A stretch of DNA of 64,000 bases from Nemertoderma westbladi (lineage: Eukaryota; Animalia; Xenacoelomorpha), in the NCBI GenBank assembly GCA_032718475.1, contig JAUCBJ010008860.1, positions 1-64,000 of the forward strand. The letters are read 5' to 3'. Below are positions 10,399-23,543 of this stretch, in pieces; within the stretch, counting starts at the first letter, position 1, and every line of letters begins with the position of its first letter. The position numbers were made by a program, and so were the translations under genes. Under the pieces are notes generated by a model. That model was not told where the DNA came from, searched no databases, and was given only the letters and a program-made list of their open reading frames with translations.

Positions 10399-11722
10399 AG
10401 ATAGGAGTAGGGCCCACCCCTACCTTAGGGTAGCAGATAGGAGTAGCGCCCACCCCTACCTTAGGGTAGCAGATAGGAGTAGCGCCCACCCCTACCTTCG
10501 GGTAGCAGATAGGAGTAGCGCCCACCCCTACCTTCGGGTAGCAGATAGGAGTAGCGTCGACCCCTACCTTCGGGTAGCAGATAGGAGTAGCGCCCACCCC
10601 TACCTTCAGGTAGCAGATAGGAGTGGCGCCCACCCCTACCTTCGGGTAGCAGATAGGAGTAGCGCCCCACCCCTACCTTAGGGTAGCAGATAGGAGTAGC
10701 GCCCACCCCTACCTTCGGGTAGCAGATAGGAGTAGCGCCCACCCCTACCTTCGGGTAGCAGATAGGAGTAGCGCCCACCTCTACCTTCGGGTAGCAGATA
10801 GGAGTAGCGCCCACCCCTACCTTAGGGTAGCAGATAGGAGTAGCGCCCACCCCTACCTTCGGGTAGCAGATAGGAGTAGCGCCCACCCCTACCTTCGGGT
10901 AGCAGATAGGAGTAGCGCCCACCCCTACCTTCGGGTAGCAGATAGGAGTAGCGCCCACCCCTACCTTTGGGTATCAGATAGGAGTAGCGCCCACCCCTAC
11001 CTTCGGGTAGCAGATAGGAGTAGCGCCCCACCCCTACCTTAGGGTAGCAGATAGGAGTAGCGCCCACCCCTACCTTCGGGTAGCAGATAGGAGTAGCGCC
11101 CACCCCTACCTTCGGGTAGCAGATAGGAGTAGCGCCCACCTCTACCTTCGGGTAGCAGATAGGAGTAACGCCCACCCCTACCTTCGGGTAGCAGATAGGA
11201 GTAGCGCCCACCCCTACCTTTGGGTATCAGATAGGAGTAGCGCCCACCCCTACCTTCGGGTAGCAGATAGGAGTAGCGCCCACCCCTATCTTCGGGTAGC
11301 AGATAGGAGTAGCGCCCACCCCTACCTTTGGGTATCAGATAGGAGTAGCGCCCACCCCTACCTTCGGGTATCAGATAGGAGTAGCGCCCACCCCTACCTT
11401 AGGGTAGCAGATAGGAGTAGCACCCACCCCTACCTTTGGGTAGCAGATAGGAGTAGCGCCCACCTCTACCTGCGGGTAGCAGATAGGAGTAGCGCCCACC
11501 TCTACCTGCGGGTAGCAGATAGGAGTAGCGCCCACCCCTACCTTCGGGTAGCAGATAGGAGTAGCGCCCACCTCTACCTGCGGGTAGCAGATAGGAGTAG
11601 CGCCCACCCCTACCTTTGGGTAGCAGATAGGAGTAGCGCCCACCTCTACCTGCGGGTAGCAGATAGGAGTAGCGCCCACCCCTACCTTAGGGTAGCAGAT
11701 AGGTGTAGCGCCCACCCCTACC
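10399..11722. repeat. 36-bp GC-rich minisatellite, ~37 copies
   Basis: Unit cagataggagtagcgcccacccctaccttcgggtag. Confidence 0.97.
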
Positions 11723-11767
11723 CCCGGGCCGCCTCCGGCCTCGCCCGACTGCTTGAGTTATTGGTCA

Positions 11768-11970
11768 CTAAGCGTGTGATTCACAACCGCTGCTCTCACT
11801 AAGTTGTTGACTGCTCGTCCCGCTCACAACGCTCACATTCGGTACATTTTCGTGACGCAACGCAGATGATTTGGGATTCTCTTGAGTTCCGCTTGGAGCG
11901 CTTGCAGACGTTACCATGGGGACGCCACCGGTTTTCTCACTTCGTTCGCTGCCACTGCTATGGGATGAAC
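11768..11970 (-). CDS. C1orf43: NICE-3/C1orf43-like gene, probable last exon (exon 6)
   Basis: Acceptor tttatttcAG at 11972-11971, phase 1, matching the phase-1 donor GTTAGT at 26426. Encodes Ser-rich GSSHSSGSERSEKTGG...CESHA*, continuing the Ser-rich end of exon 5. Linkage is inferred from phase and composition only. Confidence 0.6.
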
Positions 11971-11984
11971 CTGAAATAAATTGG

Positions 11985-12451
11985 AATAATTGGATAGAGG
12001 AATAATGGATAATGGGCAATAAGATAGAGGAATAATGGATAATTGGTAATAAGATAGAGGAATAATGGATAATGGGCAATAGCTTGAGGAATAATGGATA
12101 ATAGGTAATATCTAGAGGAATAATGGATAATGGGTAATAAGATAGATGAATAATGGATAATGGATAATAAGATAGAGGAATAATGGGTAATAGAGAGGAA
12201 TAATGGATAATGGGTAATAAGATAGAGGAATAATGGATAATGGGTAATAGCTAGAGGAATAATGGATAATGGGTAATAGCTAGAGGAATAATGGATAATG
12301 GGTAATAAGATAGATGAATAATGGATAATGGATAATAAGATAGAGGAATAATGGGTAATAGAGAGGAATACTGGATAATGGGCAATAAGATAGAGGAATA
12401 CTGGATAATGGGCAATAAGATAGAGGAATAATGGATAATTGGTAATAAGAT
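11985..12451. repeat. ~30-bp purine-rich satellite, left part (interrupted by RTE)
   Basis: Unit approx. gaataatggataatgggtaataagatagat/gag. Confidence 0.95.
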
Positions 12452-15400
12452 CCTCTATCTTACAGAAGGCAGAGAAGAAAGAAGAACCAACCTGTTGAAA
12501 TGTAAAAAGACACTAAAGATTGCTACAATGAACGCACGCACGCTGAAAGCACAGAGCAAACAGGGTGACATGGTCGCTCTGGCAATGGAATATAACATCG
12601 ACATCATCTGCATCCAAGAACATCGGATTTGTCATGAAGGCACTGCCATGAAGTACAATGACATTGGAAATGGATGGACGTTAGTAACAAGCTCAGCAGT
12701 AAGAAACTCGGCCAATGCATCAATTGGTGGAGTAGGAATTCTGCTAAGCCCATTTGCACTTAAGACCCTAAACAACATCGAATCTATAAATTCCAGGGTT
12801 ATGATCGCAACATTTGATGGGAATCCCAAGACAACAGTTATATGTTGCTACAGTCCAACCAATGCATCAGAGCCAGAACAAGCAGTCAAGTTTTATGAAG
12901 AACTGACTGGACTTATTAAGGACATCCCGAAACACAATGTTAAAGTCATTGCTGGTGACCTGAATGCGCAAATTGGCCCAGAAGACATCAAGGGTTACAC
13001 CTATAACACCAGTTCTAACAGAAATGGGTACTTACTTTTGGACCTAATGGAAGAATGTGAATTGATACCAACAAACAACACATTCGAAAAGAGTAAGGGG
13101 AAGCTATGGACCTTTCAATACCCCAATGGAACCAAAGCACAACTGGATTACATACTTATAAACAAAAAGTGGAGAAATAGCATGATCAACTGCGAGGCAT
13201 ACAGCTCGTTCAACCTAATTGGTTCGGACCACAGAATTGTGACTGCAGAGATCATACTCAGGTTGAGAGCCAGCAAACCCAGGACAAGCAAGCAAATCAA
13301 CTATGACTGGGAGAAACTCAGAACTGACAATGCTGTAAAGGATGCTTATACAGTAGAAGTTCAAAACCGCTTTGAAGCACTTCAGTCAATGGATGAAGAC
13401 CAATCCACCGATTCAATATACCAGAATATAATAACAGCCCACAAGGAATCAGCTAAGAGGCATATCCCCCAGAAACCTAAACGAAAACAGTATGTGCCAT
13501 GGCAAAACTCTGAGGTTTCTTGTAAGAGAGAAGATCTTAAGATAGCCTACAAAGTTAAAACCGAACAACCAACAACCGAAAACATTAACAAGGTTGAGAA
13601 AGCTAAGGACGATCTTAAATTGGCCTACAACATCAGCCAGGAAAAGTACATACAGGATAAAACTGAAGCAATTACAACTGCTCACATACAGCAACAATCA
13701 AGACTTACCTGGCAAACTGTAAATGAGGTATCTGGTCGGAAAAGTTGTGCAAAGGGGCGCCTCAAAGCCGATAGTCCTGAAGAACGTGTTGGGAAGTGGA
13801 AAAATCACTTCAGCAACTTGCTTGGGCAGCCACCAAACATCGAGGTCAGCCCTACAAGGAAAATATATGACAAGACACTACCTATAGAAACAGGGGACTT
13901 CAACCTGCCGAACTCCAAAGAAGCATTAAAAGCATGTCCAATAATAAAGCGAGTGGATTAGATGAAATTCCAGCGGAGGTATGGAAAACCGGAGTGCTAA
14001 ATAGACCATTATTGAATGTTTGCAACCGGATGTTAAAAGGGGAAAAGCCACCACCAATTTGGACTAAAGGTCAACTAAAGCCTCTCCCCAAGAAAGGAGA
14101 CCTCGGCATACCAACAAACTATCGTGGGATCTGTCTGCTTGTGGTAGCTGCCAAAATATACAATAAAATGATTCTATATAGGATTAGGCCTCACATAGAG
14201 AAACTACTGCGTAAGAGCCAAAACGGATTTCGACCAAGTAGATCAACAATAGCTCAGATACTTGCACTACGGAGACTGATTGAAGGAATTAAGTCAAAGA
14301 ATCTCCCCGCAGTCATGACTTTTGTGGACTTCAAGAAGGCATTCGACTCCATCCATAGAGGTAAAATGCTTGAAATCCTAAGAGCTTATGGAATACCAGA
14401 AGTAATTGTTGCTGGCATTGGATTGTTATATTGTGACACAGAAGCGCAGGTACTCTCACCAGATGGTGAAACTGAGTTTTTCTCAATCCTGGCTGGCGTA
14501 CTGCAAGGTGACACATTAGCACCATTACTATTTGTAATTGTGCTGGATTACGCAATGAGGACGGCCACAAAGGGTGAAGATCTGGGATTCACACTTCAAG
14601 AACGCAGAAGTAGTAGATATCCGGCAACTACAGTCACAGACACCGACTTTGCGGATGACATCGCCCTGCTCTCTAATACGCTAGCAGATGCACAGCTTCT
14701 ACTAAATAAAGTGGAGAGGGCTGCTAAGGAGGTTGGATTGCATATAAATGCTACCAAGACCGAATTCATGACCTTTAATGTTGATGGAAACTTGACAACC
14801 ATTGATAATAATCAACTAAGGAAGGTCGATGACTTCCAGTACCTTGGATCATGGATAGAGAGTAGCAAAAAGGACATAGAAGTTAGGAAAGCAAAGGCTT
14901 GGGTAGCTCTATCAAAAATGGATACCATCTGGAAATCAGATCTCTCCAGGCACCTGAAGACTAAGTTCTTTCGAGCCACAGTGGAAAGTGTATTTTTATA
15001 CGGGGGTGAGACCTGGACACTGACTAAATCACTTGAACAACGAATTGATGGTTGCTACACAAGACTACTAAGGGCAGCCCTAAATATCAGCTGGAGACAA
15101 CACATGACAAACGCCGAGCTTTATGGTACAATACCACCTGTATCAACCACCCTCCGTGAACGCAGATTAAGATTCAGTGGGCACTGCTGGCGAAGTAAAG
15201 ACGAGGTCATACCAGATCTACTTCTCTGGCAACCAACTCATGGAAAGCGTAGTCGTGGACGACCAGCCATAACATATATAGATCAACTTGAAAGGGATAC
15301 TGAACTTAGGAGAAACGAAATTGCGACAACTATGGAGAATCGGGAAGCCTGGAAGGATCTCATTTCCACTGTCCGAGTTCGCTTGACCTAGTAGTAGTAG
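12452..15400 (+). mobile_element. RTE-clade non-LTR retrotransposon, near full-length ORF with one frameshift
   Basis: APE endonuclease (ATMNARTL, ICIQEHR, AGDLNA, LDYILI, SDHRIV) plus RT (NYRGICLL, QNGFRP, FVDFKKAFDS, GVLQGDTLAP, DFADDI, FQYLGS). (TAG)4 tail at 15389-15400; 10-bp TSD gtaataagat at 12442-12451 and 15401-15410. Confidence 0.93.
12495..15391 (+). pseudogene. RTE APE-RT ORF split by a single frameshift near 13900-13907
   Basis: ORFs 12495-13961 and 13934-15391; ...IETGDF joins AELQRSIKSMSNNKASGLDEIPAEVWK if one base is restored. Confidence 0.88.
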
Positions 15401-18400
15401 GTAATAAGATTGAGGAATAATGGATAATGGGTAATAGCTAGAGGAATAATGGATAATGGGTAATAGCTAGAGGAATAATGGATAATGGGTAATAAGATAG
15501 ATGAATAATGGATAATGGATAATAAGATAGAGGAATAATGGGTAATAGAGAGGAATACTGGATAATGGGTAATAAGATAGATGAATAATGGATAATGGGT
15601 AATAAGATAGATGAATAATGGATAATGGGTAATAAGATAGATGAATAATGGATAATGTGCAATAAGATAGATGAATAATGGGTAATGGGTATTAGAGAGG
15701 AATACTGGATAATGGGTAATAGCTAGAGGAATAATGGATAATGGGTAATGAGATAGATGAATAATGGATGATGGGTAATAAGATAGATGAATAATGGATA
15801 CTGGGTAATAAGATAGATGAATAATGGGTAATAGAGAGGAATAATGGATAATGGGTAATAATATAGATTAATAATGGATAATGGGTAATAAGATAGATGA
15901 ATAACGGGTAATGGGTAATAGAGAGGAATACTGGATAATGGGTAATAGCTAGAGGAATAATGGGTAATCAGATAGATGAATAATGGATGATGGGTAATAA
16001 GATAGATGAATAATGGGTAATGGGTAATAAGATATATGAATAATGGGTAATGGGTAATAGAGAGGAATACTGGATAATGGGTAATAGCTAGAGGAATAAT
16101 GGATAATGGGTAATAAGATAGATGAAAAATGGATGATGGGTAATAAGATAGATGAATAATGGATAATGGGTAATAAGATAGATGAATAATGGATGATGGG
16201 TAATAAGATAGATGAATAATGGATAATGGGTAATAAGATAGATGAATAATGGGTAATAGAGAGGAATACTGGATAATGGGTAATAGGTAGAGGAATACTG
16301 GATAATGGGTAATAAGATAGATGAATAATGGATGATGGGTAATAAGATAGATGAATAATGGATAATGGGCAATAAGATAGATGAATAATGGGTAATGGGT
16401 ATTAGAGAGGAATACTGGATAATGGGTAATAGCTAGAGGAATAATGGATAATGGGTAATAAGTTAGATGAATAATGGGTAATGGGTAATAAGATAGATGA
16501 ATAATGGATAGTGGGTAATAAGATAGATGTATAATGGATAATGGGTAATAAGGTAGATGAATAATGGATAATGGGTAATAAGATAGATGAATAATGGATA
16601 ATGGGTAATAAGATAGATGAATCATGGATAATGGGCAATAAGATAGATGCATAATGGGTAATGGGTAATAGAGAGGAATACTGGATAATGGGTAATAGCT
16701 AGAGGAATAATGGATAATGGGTAATAAGATAGATGAATAATGGAGGATGGGTAATAAGATATATGAATAATGGATAATGGGTAATAAGATAGATGAATAA
16801 TGGGTAATAGAGAGGAATAATGGATAATGGGTAATAAGATAATGAATAATGGATAATGGGTTAAAGATAGATGAATAATGGATAATGGGCAATAAGATAG
16901 ATGAATAACGGGTAATGGGTAATAGAGAGGAATACTGGATAATGGGTAATAGCTAGAGGAATAATGGATAATGGGTAATAAGATAGATGAATAATGGATG
17001 ATGGGTAATAAGATATATGAATAATGAATAATGGGTAATAAGATAGATGAATAATGGGTAATGGGTAATAGCTAGAGGAATAATGGATAATGGGTAATAC
17101 GATAGAGGAATAATGGATAAAGGGTAATGGGTAATAAGATATAGGAATAATGGGTAATGGGTAATAGGAATAGCTAGAGGAATAATGGATAATGGGTAAT
17201 AAGATAGATGAATAATGGATAATGGGTAATAGCTAGAGGAATAATGGATAATGGGTAATAGCTAGAGGAATAATGGATAATGGGTAATAAGATAGATGAA
17301 TAATGGATAATGGATAATAAGATAGAGGAATAATGGGTAATAGAGAGGAATACTGGATAATGGGTAATAAGATAGATGAATAATGGATAATGGGTAATAA
17401 GATAGATGAATAATGGATAATGGGTAATAAGATAGATGAATAATGGATAATGTGCAATAAGATAGATGAATAATGGGTAATGGGTATTAGAGAGGAATAC
17501 TGGATAATGGGTAATAGCTAGAGGAATAATGGATAATGGGTAATGAGATAGATGAATAATGGATGATGGGTAATAAGATAGATGAATAATGGATACTGGG
17601 TAATAAGATAGATGAATAATGGGTAATAGAGAGGAATAATGGATAATGGGTAATAATATAGATTAATAATGGATAATGGGTAATAAGATAGATGAATAAC
17701 GGGTAATGGGTAATAGAGAGGAATACTGGATAATGGGTAATAGCTAGAGGAATAATGGGTAATCAGATAGATGAATAATGGATGATGGGTAATAAGATAG
17801 ATGAATAATGGGTAATGGGTAATAAGATATATGAATAATGGGTAATGGGTAATAGAGAGGAATACTGGATAATGGGTAATAGCTAGAGGAATAATGGATA
17901 ATGGGTAATAAGATAGATGAAAAATGGATGATGGGTAATAAGATAGATGAATAATGGATAATGGGTAATAAGATAGATGAATAATGGATGATGGGTAATA
18001 AGATAGATGAATAATGGATAATGGGTAATAAGATAGATGAATAATGGGTAATGGGTAATGGAGAGGAATACTGGATAATGGGTAATAGGTAGAGGAATAC
18101 TGGATAATGGGTAATAAGATAGATGAATAATGGATGATGGGTAATAAGATAGATGAATAATGGATAATGGGCAATAAGATAGATGAATAATGGGTAATGG
18201 GTATTAGAGAGGAATACTGGATAATGGGTAATAGCTAGAGGAATAATGGATAATGGGTAATAAGTTAGATGAATAATGGGTAATGGGTAATAAGATAGAT
18301 GAATAATGGATAGTGGGTAATAAGATAGATGTATAATGGATAATGGGTAATAAGGTAGATGAATAATGGATAATGGGTAATAAGATAGATGAATAATGGA

Positions 18401-19064
18401 TAATGGGTAATAAGATAGATGAATCATGGATAATGGGCAATAAGATAGATGCATAATGGGTAATGGGTAATAGAGAGGAATACTGGATAATGGGTAATAG
18501 CTAGAGGAATAATGGATAATGGGTAATAAGATAGATGAATAATGGAGGATGGGTAATAAGATATATGAATAATGGATAATGGGTAATAAGATAGATGAAT
18601 AATGGGTAATAGAGAGGAATAATGGATAATGGGTAATAAGATAATGAATAATGGATAATGGGTTAAAGATAGATGAATAATGGATAATGGGCAATAAGAT
18701 AGATGAATAACGGGTAATGGGTAATAGAGAGGAATACTGGATAATGGGTAATAGCTAGAGGAATAATGGATAATGGGTAATAAGATAGATGAATAATGGA
18801 TGATGGGTAATAAGATATATGAATAATGAATAATGGGTAATAAGATAGATGAATAATGGGTAATGGGTAATAGCTAGAGGAATAATGGATAATGGGTAAT
18901 ACGATAGAGGAATAATGGATAAAGGGTAATGGGTAATAAGATATAGGAATAATGGGTAATGGGTAATAGGAATAGCTAGAGGAATAATGGATAATGGGTA
19001 ATAAGATAGATGAATAATGGATAATGGGTAATAAGATAGATGAATAATGGATAATGGGTAATAA
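15401..19064. repeat. ~30-bp purine-rich satellite, right part, with ~1.8-kb higher-order duplication
   Basis: Same unit as 11985-12451; identical variant patterns recur at offsets 1795-1802 (ORF-track entries 15438 vs 17233 and 16402 vs 18204). Confidence 0.95.
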
Positions 19065-19123
19065 GGGGCGGGGGGAGACACCATGTCATATGTCGCCGGC
19101 ACTTTTATATTCAATTTAAAAGT

Positions 19124-20453
19124 CAAATAATCTTAATAAACTCTGATCAGCTACTAAACCCCAAATAATCTTAATAAACTCTGATCAGCTACTAAACCCC
19201 AAATAATCTTAATAAACTCTGATCAGCTACTAAACCCCAAATAATCTTAATAAACTCTGGTCAGCTACTAAACCCCAAATAATCTTAATAAACTCTGATC
19301 AGCTACTAAACCCCAAATAATCTTAATAAACTCTGATCAGCTACTAAACCCCAAATAATCTTAATAAACTCTGGTCAGCTACTAAACCCCAAATAATCTT
19401 AATAAACTCTGATCAGCTACTAAACCCCAAATAATCTTAATAAACTCTGATCAGCTACTAACCCCAAATAATCTTAATAAACTCTGATCAGCTACTAAAC
19501 CCCAAATAATCTTAATAAACTCTGATCAGCTACTAAACCCCAAATAATCTTAATAAACTCTGGTCAGCTACTAAACCCCAAATAATCTTAATAAACTCTG
19601 ATCAGCTACTAAACCCCAAATAATCTTAATAAACTCTGGTCAGCTACTAAACCCCAAATAATCTTAATAAACTCTGATCAGCTACTAAACCCCAAATAAT
19701 CTTAATAAACTCTGGTCAGCTACTAAACCCCAAATAATCTTAATAAACTCTGGTCAGCTACTAAACCCCAAATAATCTTAATAAACTCTGATCAGCTACT
19801 AAACCCCAAATAATCTTAATAAACTCTGATCAGCTACTAAACCCCAAATAATCTTAATAAACTCTGGTCAGCTACTAAACCCCAAATAATCTTAATAAAC
19901 TCTGGTCAGCTACTAAACCCCAAATAATCTTAATAAACTCTGATCAGCTACTAAACCCCAAATAATCTTAATAAACTCTGATCAGCTACTAAACCCCAAA
20001 TAATCTTAATAAACTCTGGTCAGCTACTAAACCCCAAATAATCTTAATAAACTCTGATCAGCTACTAAACCCCAAATAATCTTAATAAACTCTGGTAAGC
20101 TACTAAACCCCAAATAATCTTAATAAACTCTGATCAGCTACTAAACCCCAAATAATCTTAATAAACTCTGATCAGCTACTAAACCCCAAATAATCTTAAT
20201 AAACTCTGGTCAGCTACTAAACCCCAAATAATCTTAATAAACTCTGATCAGCTACTAAACCCCAAATAATCTTAATAAACTCTGATCAGCTACTAAACCC
20301 CAAATAATCTTAATAAACTCTGGTCAGCTACTAAACCCCAAATAATCTTAATAAACTCTGGTCAGCTACTAAACCCCAAATAATCTTAATAAACTCTGAT
20401 CAGCTACTAAACCCCAAATAATCTTAATAAACTCTGATCAGCTACTAAACCCC
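19124..20453. repeat. 38-bp minisatellite, ~35 copies
   Basis: Unit caaataatcttaataaactctg(a/g)tcagctactaaaccc. Confidence 0.97.
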
Positions 20454-20494
20454 ATGAACTGTTTTGCACTGGCAATAGGAGTTATTCTGATTGA

Positions 20495-22400
20495 TGTAAA
20501 AGGTGTATTTGTTTTGGTTAGACTAACTAGAGACGGGTCTAGCGGCCCGTGAAGCAAGTCGTAGGAGACAGTACGAGTCAGGTAAAAGTGGTGTACGATA
20601 AATTTTCTAGACAACTTCTAACTATAATTATTATGTTGTAATCATCTAATGAATTATAAAAGTTGTTGTGATTATAGAATGATTTTATGAGTTAAACGCT
20701 GGGGACTCCCCTTGTGAACTAAATAGTGGTTTACTTTCTTAAATGATTATAGAAGATAGAGAGCAGTTAGCGAAATGATTATTTTATTCTATCGGATAGA
20801 GTAGTCAGAGTCTCAGAGAGGGAGTCGAGGTGTCAATTGATTAATAATAATAACAGCAGTTGTCATGAATTCAATACAATCGCGCACAAGAAGTGATAAG
20901 ACAAATTCGTTCTTATTTTTGCGCCATACATTCGCTATGTATATTGTAAACTCAATGAATTATATTATTCGAACTCTATTAGCTATTACTTTTTGTATTC
21001 TTCATACAGCTGTTAGGACTCTCATAAACTTAAACTCTACAGCTGTTAGGACTATTGGTGGTGGTTCGGTTGACTAATATTATGTGCTCTTTATTGGTAT
21101 GAGTTTTATTATCATTATTTTGTGTCTAAAGTAAAATATAATTTATTAGTTTTGGAAATTATTTGTGTGATTTATTTTGGGTTAGATGAGGGACTGAACG
21201 CTGGCCGTGCTTAACTTCTTGCGTGGTGGCTGGTTTTATTAACCCTAGCCTTACAGACTTTCATCATCTGAATTTGCCTGACATTAACTGTTAGCGTTTC
21301 ACCCAGCTCTTCCTTTAGACAAGATTTATTTCTTAGCACAAAAGGTTCGGTATATCAGTGAAATCATCCCAACTTTACACAATATCATTTCCTGGATCTG
21401 TTTTTATTCAATCATGTCTTTAAAACCACCCAAACAATGGAGTCTGACCGAAAATGAGACTATTTCGTCATTTAACAACTGGCGCCAGAACATATTATTT
21501 AGTTGTCATGTCGCCTCCATATACAATTACAGCAATGAAATCATTCCTGGGAGCTTGTCAGGATGTACCCAGGTGTATAGAAGGTTACTCCTCTTTATCG
21601 GCACCCCTTGAGGATAGTATTAAGGGTTTGAAAGGAAATGAGAAATTATCTTGGTCTCCAGAATTGCAGTCCATTCTAAGTTCACTTAATATTAGTGTTT
21701 GTCACATTAAGGGTGTCAACAACTCTGTTAGCGATTATCAGTCTAGAAACCCCGCAATCTGCACTTATCCCAATTGTCAGATTTTTAAATTCGTCTCAGA
21801 TACAGTGTATTCTGTTGTTTATGATATCTCTATATCTGATGTTCTAGCTGGAAGAATACATATTCCATATTTAAATAATACCTCATGGCGTGCTGCCCAA
21901 TACATATTCCATATTTAAATAATACCTCATGGCGTGCTGCCCAATACATATTCCATATTTAAATAATACCTCATGGCGTGCTGCCCAATACATATTCCAT
22001 ATTTAAATAATACCTCATGGCGTGCTGCCCAATACATATTCCATATTTAAATAATACCTCATGGCGTGCTGCCCAATACATATTCCATATTAAATAATAC
22101 CTCATGGCGTGCTGCCCAACATGCATGTCCTGTTCTTCGCAAGGCATACATCCACTTGAAGAATGGATCTAAACCGCTAAGAAAGGACAAAGGAGGACGT
22201 GATCTTAAGGAATATCTTCGCATCGCATCGATTAGCAGCTCTTCTGATTTGATTGTCATTCGGAAACATGACCCATTTGTACATTCCAGAGAGCTTACTG
22301 TTGTACCTAAGGATATCTCTGTGGGACTGATCACTGCTTTACATACACTCTTCAGCCACCCTTCCAAACATCAGATGGTTATATTGTTTAAAACCATCTA
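20495..22400 (+). mobile_element. Internally deleted Ty3/Gypsy LTR retrotransposon remnant
   Basis: Gag N-terminus MSLKPPKQWSLTENETISSFNNWRQNIL (21414), RT-connection TITAMKSFLGA...APLEDSIKG, RNase H end HIKGVNNSVSDYQSRNP..C...CQI, integrase Zn-finger region VVPKDISVGLITALHTLFSHPS. The LTR-like region 20495-~21055 followed by TGGTGG is tentative. Confidence 0.7.
21855..22119. repeat. 44-bp tandem repeat (6 copies) amplified from Gypsy pol sequence
   Basis: Unit aatacatattccatatttaaataatacctcatggcgtgctgccc; one unit encodes IHIPYLNNTSWRAAQ. Confidence 0.95.
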
Positions 22401-22793
22401 TATAAATAAAACAAGTTGAGATGTTTCAATGTAAACCGCGATTAACAATTTACACTGTTCAATGTAAACCACGATATTAATTAAATATAACAATTATATT
22501 ATTATTAAAACAGATTTTTATATTTCAAACTATGATTTTAGCCTTATGGAGAATCATTATGAGGCTGAGTTAACATTCAGCCTTATAAGCATACAGCCTC
22601 CACAGTATTAATGTTGACACAAAGATTTATAAATAAAACAATAATTCGATGAGAGCATAGTACAATACACTGTGTAGCCAACACACTGTTTAACTAACAG
22701 TCATTTAGCTTGCACGCCAATTAATTAACATAGCAAGGATGCATTGGGAAGAGTTATTCAGCTGAGACTGCAATAGCCAGCAAACCAGTTAAT

Positions 22794-22871
22794 GTGGGGC
22801 GAGCCACGAAGTTGGCGGAGCCTTAGCGAATTGACACTGTTAGGGGGTGGGTCAATTTATGCAAATAGTTG

Positions 22872-22903
<32 letters not shown>

Positions 22904-23323
22904 GTCGTCGTTGTCGTCGTCGTTACGATTTTGACATGCTAATAACTTTGTCGGATTTAAAGCTGCCAAGTTGAAAATTTGTAGGTATCAATATGAGCAA
23001 AAGTTGAGATTTTTGAGAGACTTTCAGACACCATCAGTGCAATGGTCTCCCGCTAGAGGGCCACATGTCTAAACATTAAATGCCCTCCCATTTCTTTGCT
23101 TTTAATCCGTTTAAGCTGAAACTTGGCAGATATGTATTAGACCATTAGCTGTGACTTTCAAAGGAGGCGAATCCATCTGCAGTTCTCCAGTCTGCCGCTA
23201 GAGGGCCAAAGGTCTGAAAGTGAAAACAACTAACGACGACAACTATTTGCATAAATTGACCCACCCCCTAACAGTGTCAATTCGCTAAGGCTTCGCCAAC
23301 TTCGTGCTGCGCGAAGTCCCCAC
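22794..23323. mobile_element. Non-autonomous element with 74-bp inverted repeats and (GTC)n microsatellite
   Basis: 22805-22878 is the near-perfect reverse complement of 23233-23306; (gtc)n at 22871-22923. The head gtggggcgagccacga...agccttagc is also found at 32513. Confidence 0.75.
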
Positions 23324-23543
23324 TTCGTGTATTGTTTGATTACTGTCTGGGTTGCAGATGGATTTTAAAGTCGTTTTAGAGGTTTAGATAAGACGCCATT
23401 TGATTGGTCCGAGCGACCGGGCTAACTTAAATCTGCCAAACAAGGATCGGGTCAACAGCAATACGTTGCCTAATAGCACCCAAACTGTTTGACTCCAGAG
23501 CAATAGCGGAATTAGCTTAAACCAACAAACTAATAATAAAACT

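Noticed and set aside
10310-19126. ORFs of type GATPICYPKV and PIIHYSSILL
   Set aside because: Translations of the 36-bp and 30-bp satellites.
19124-20453. Telomere-like ctaaacccc motif in the 38-bp array
   Set aside because: A single motif per 38-bp unit, not a telomeric tandem repeat.
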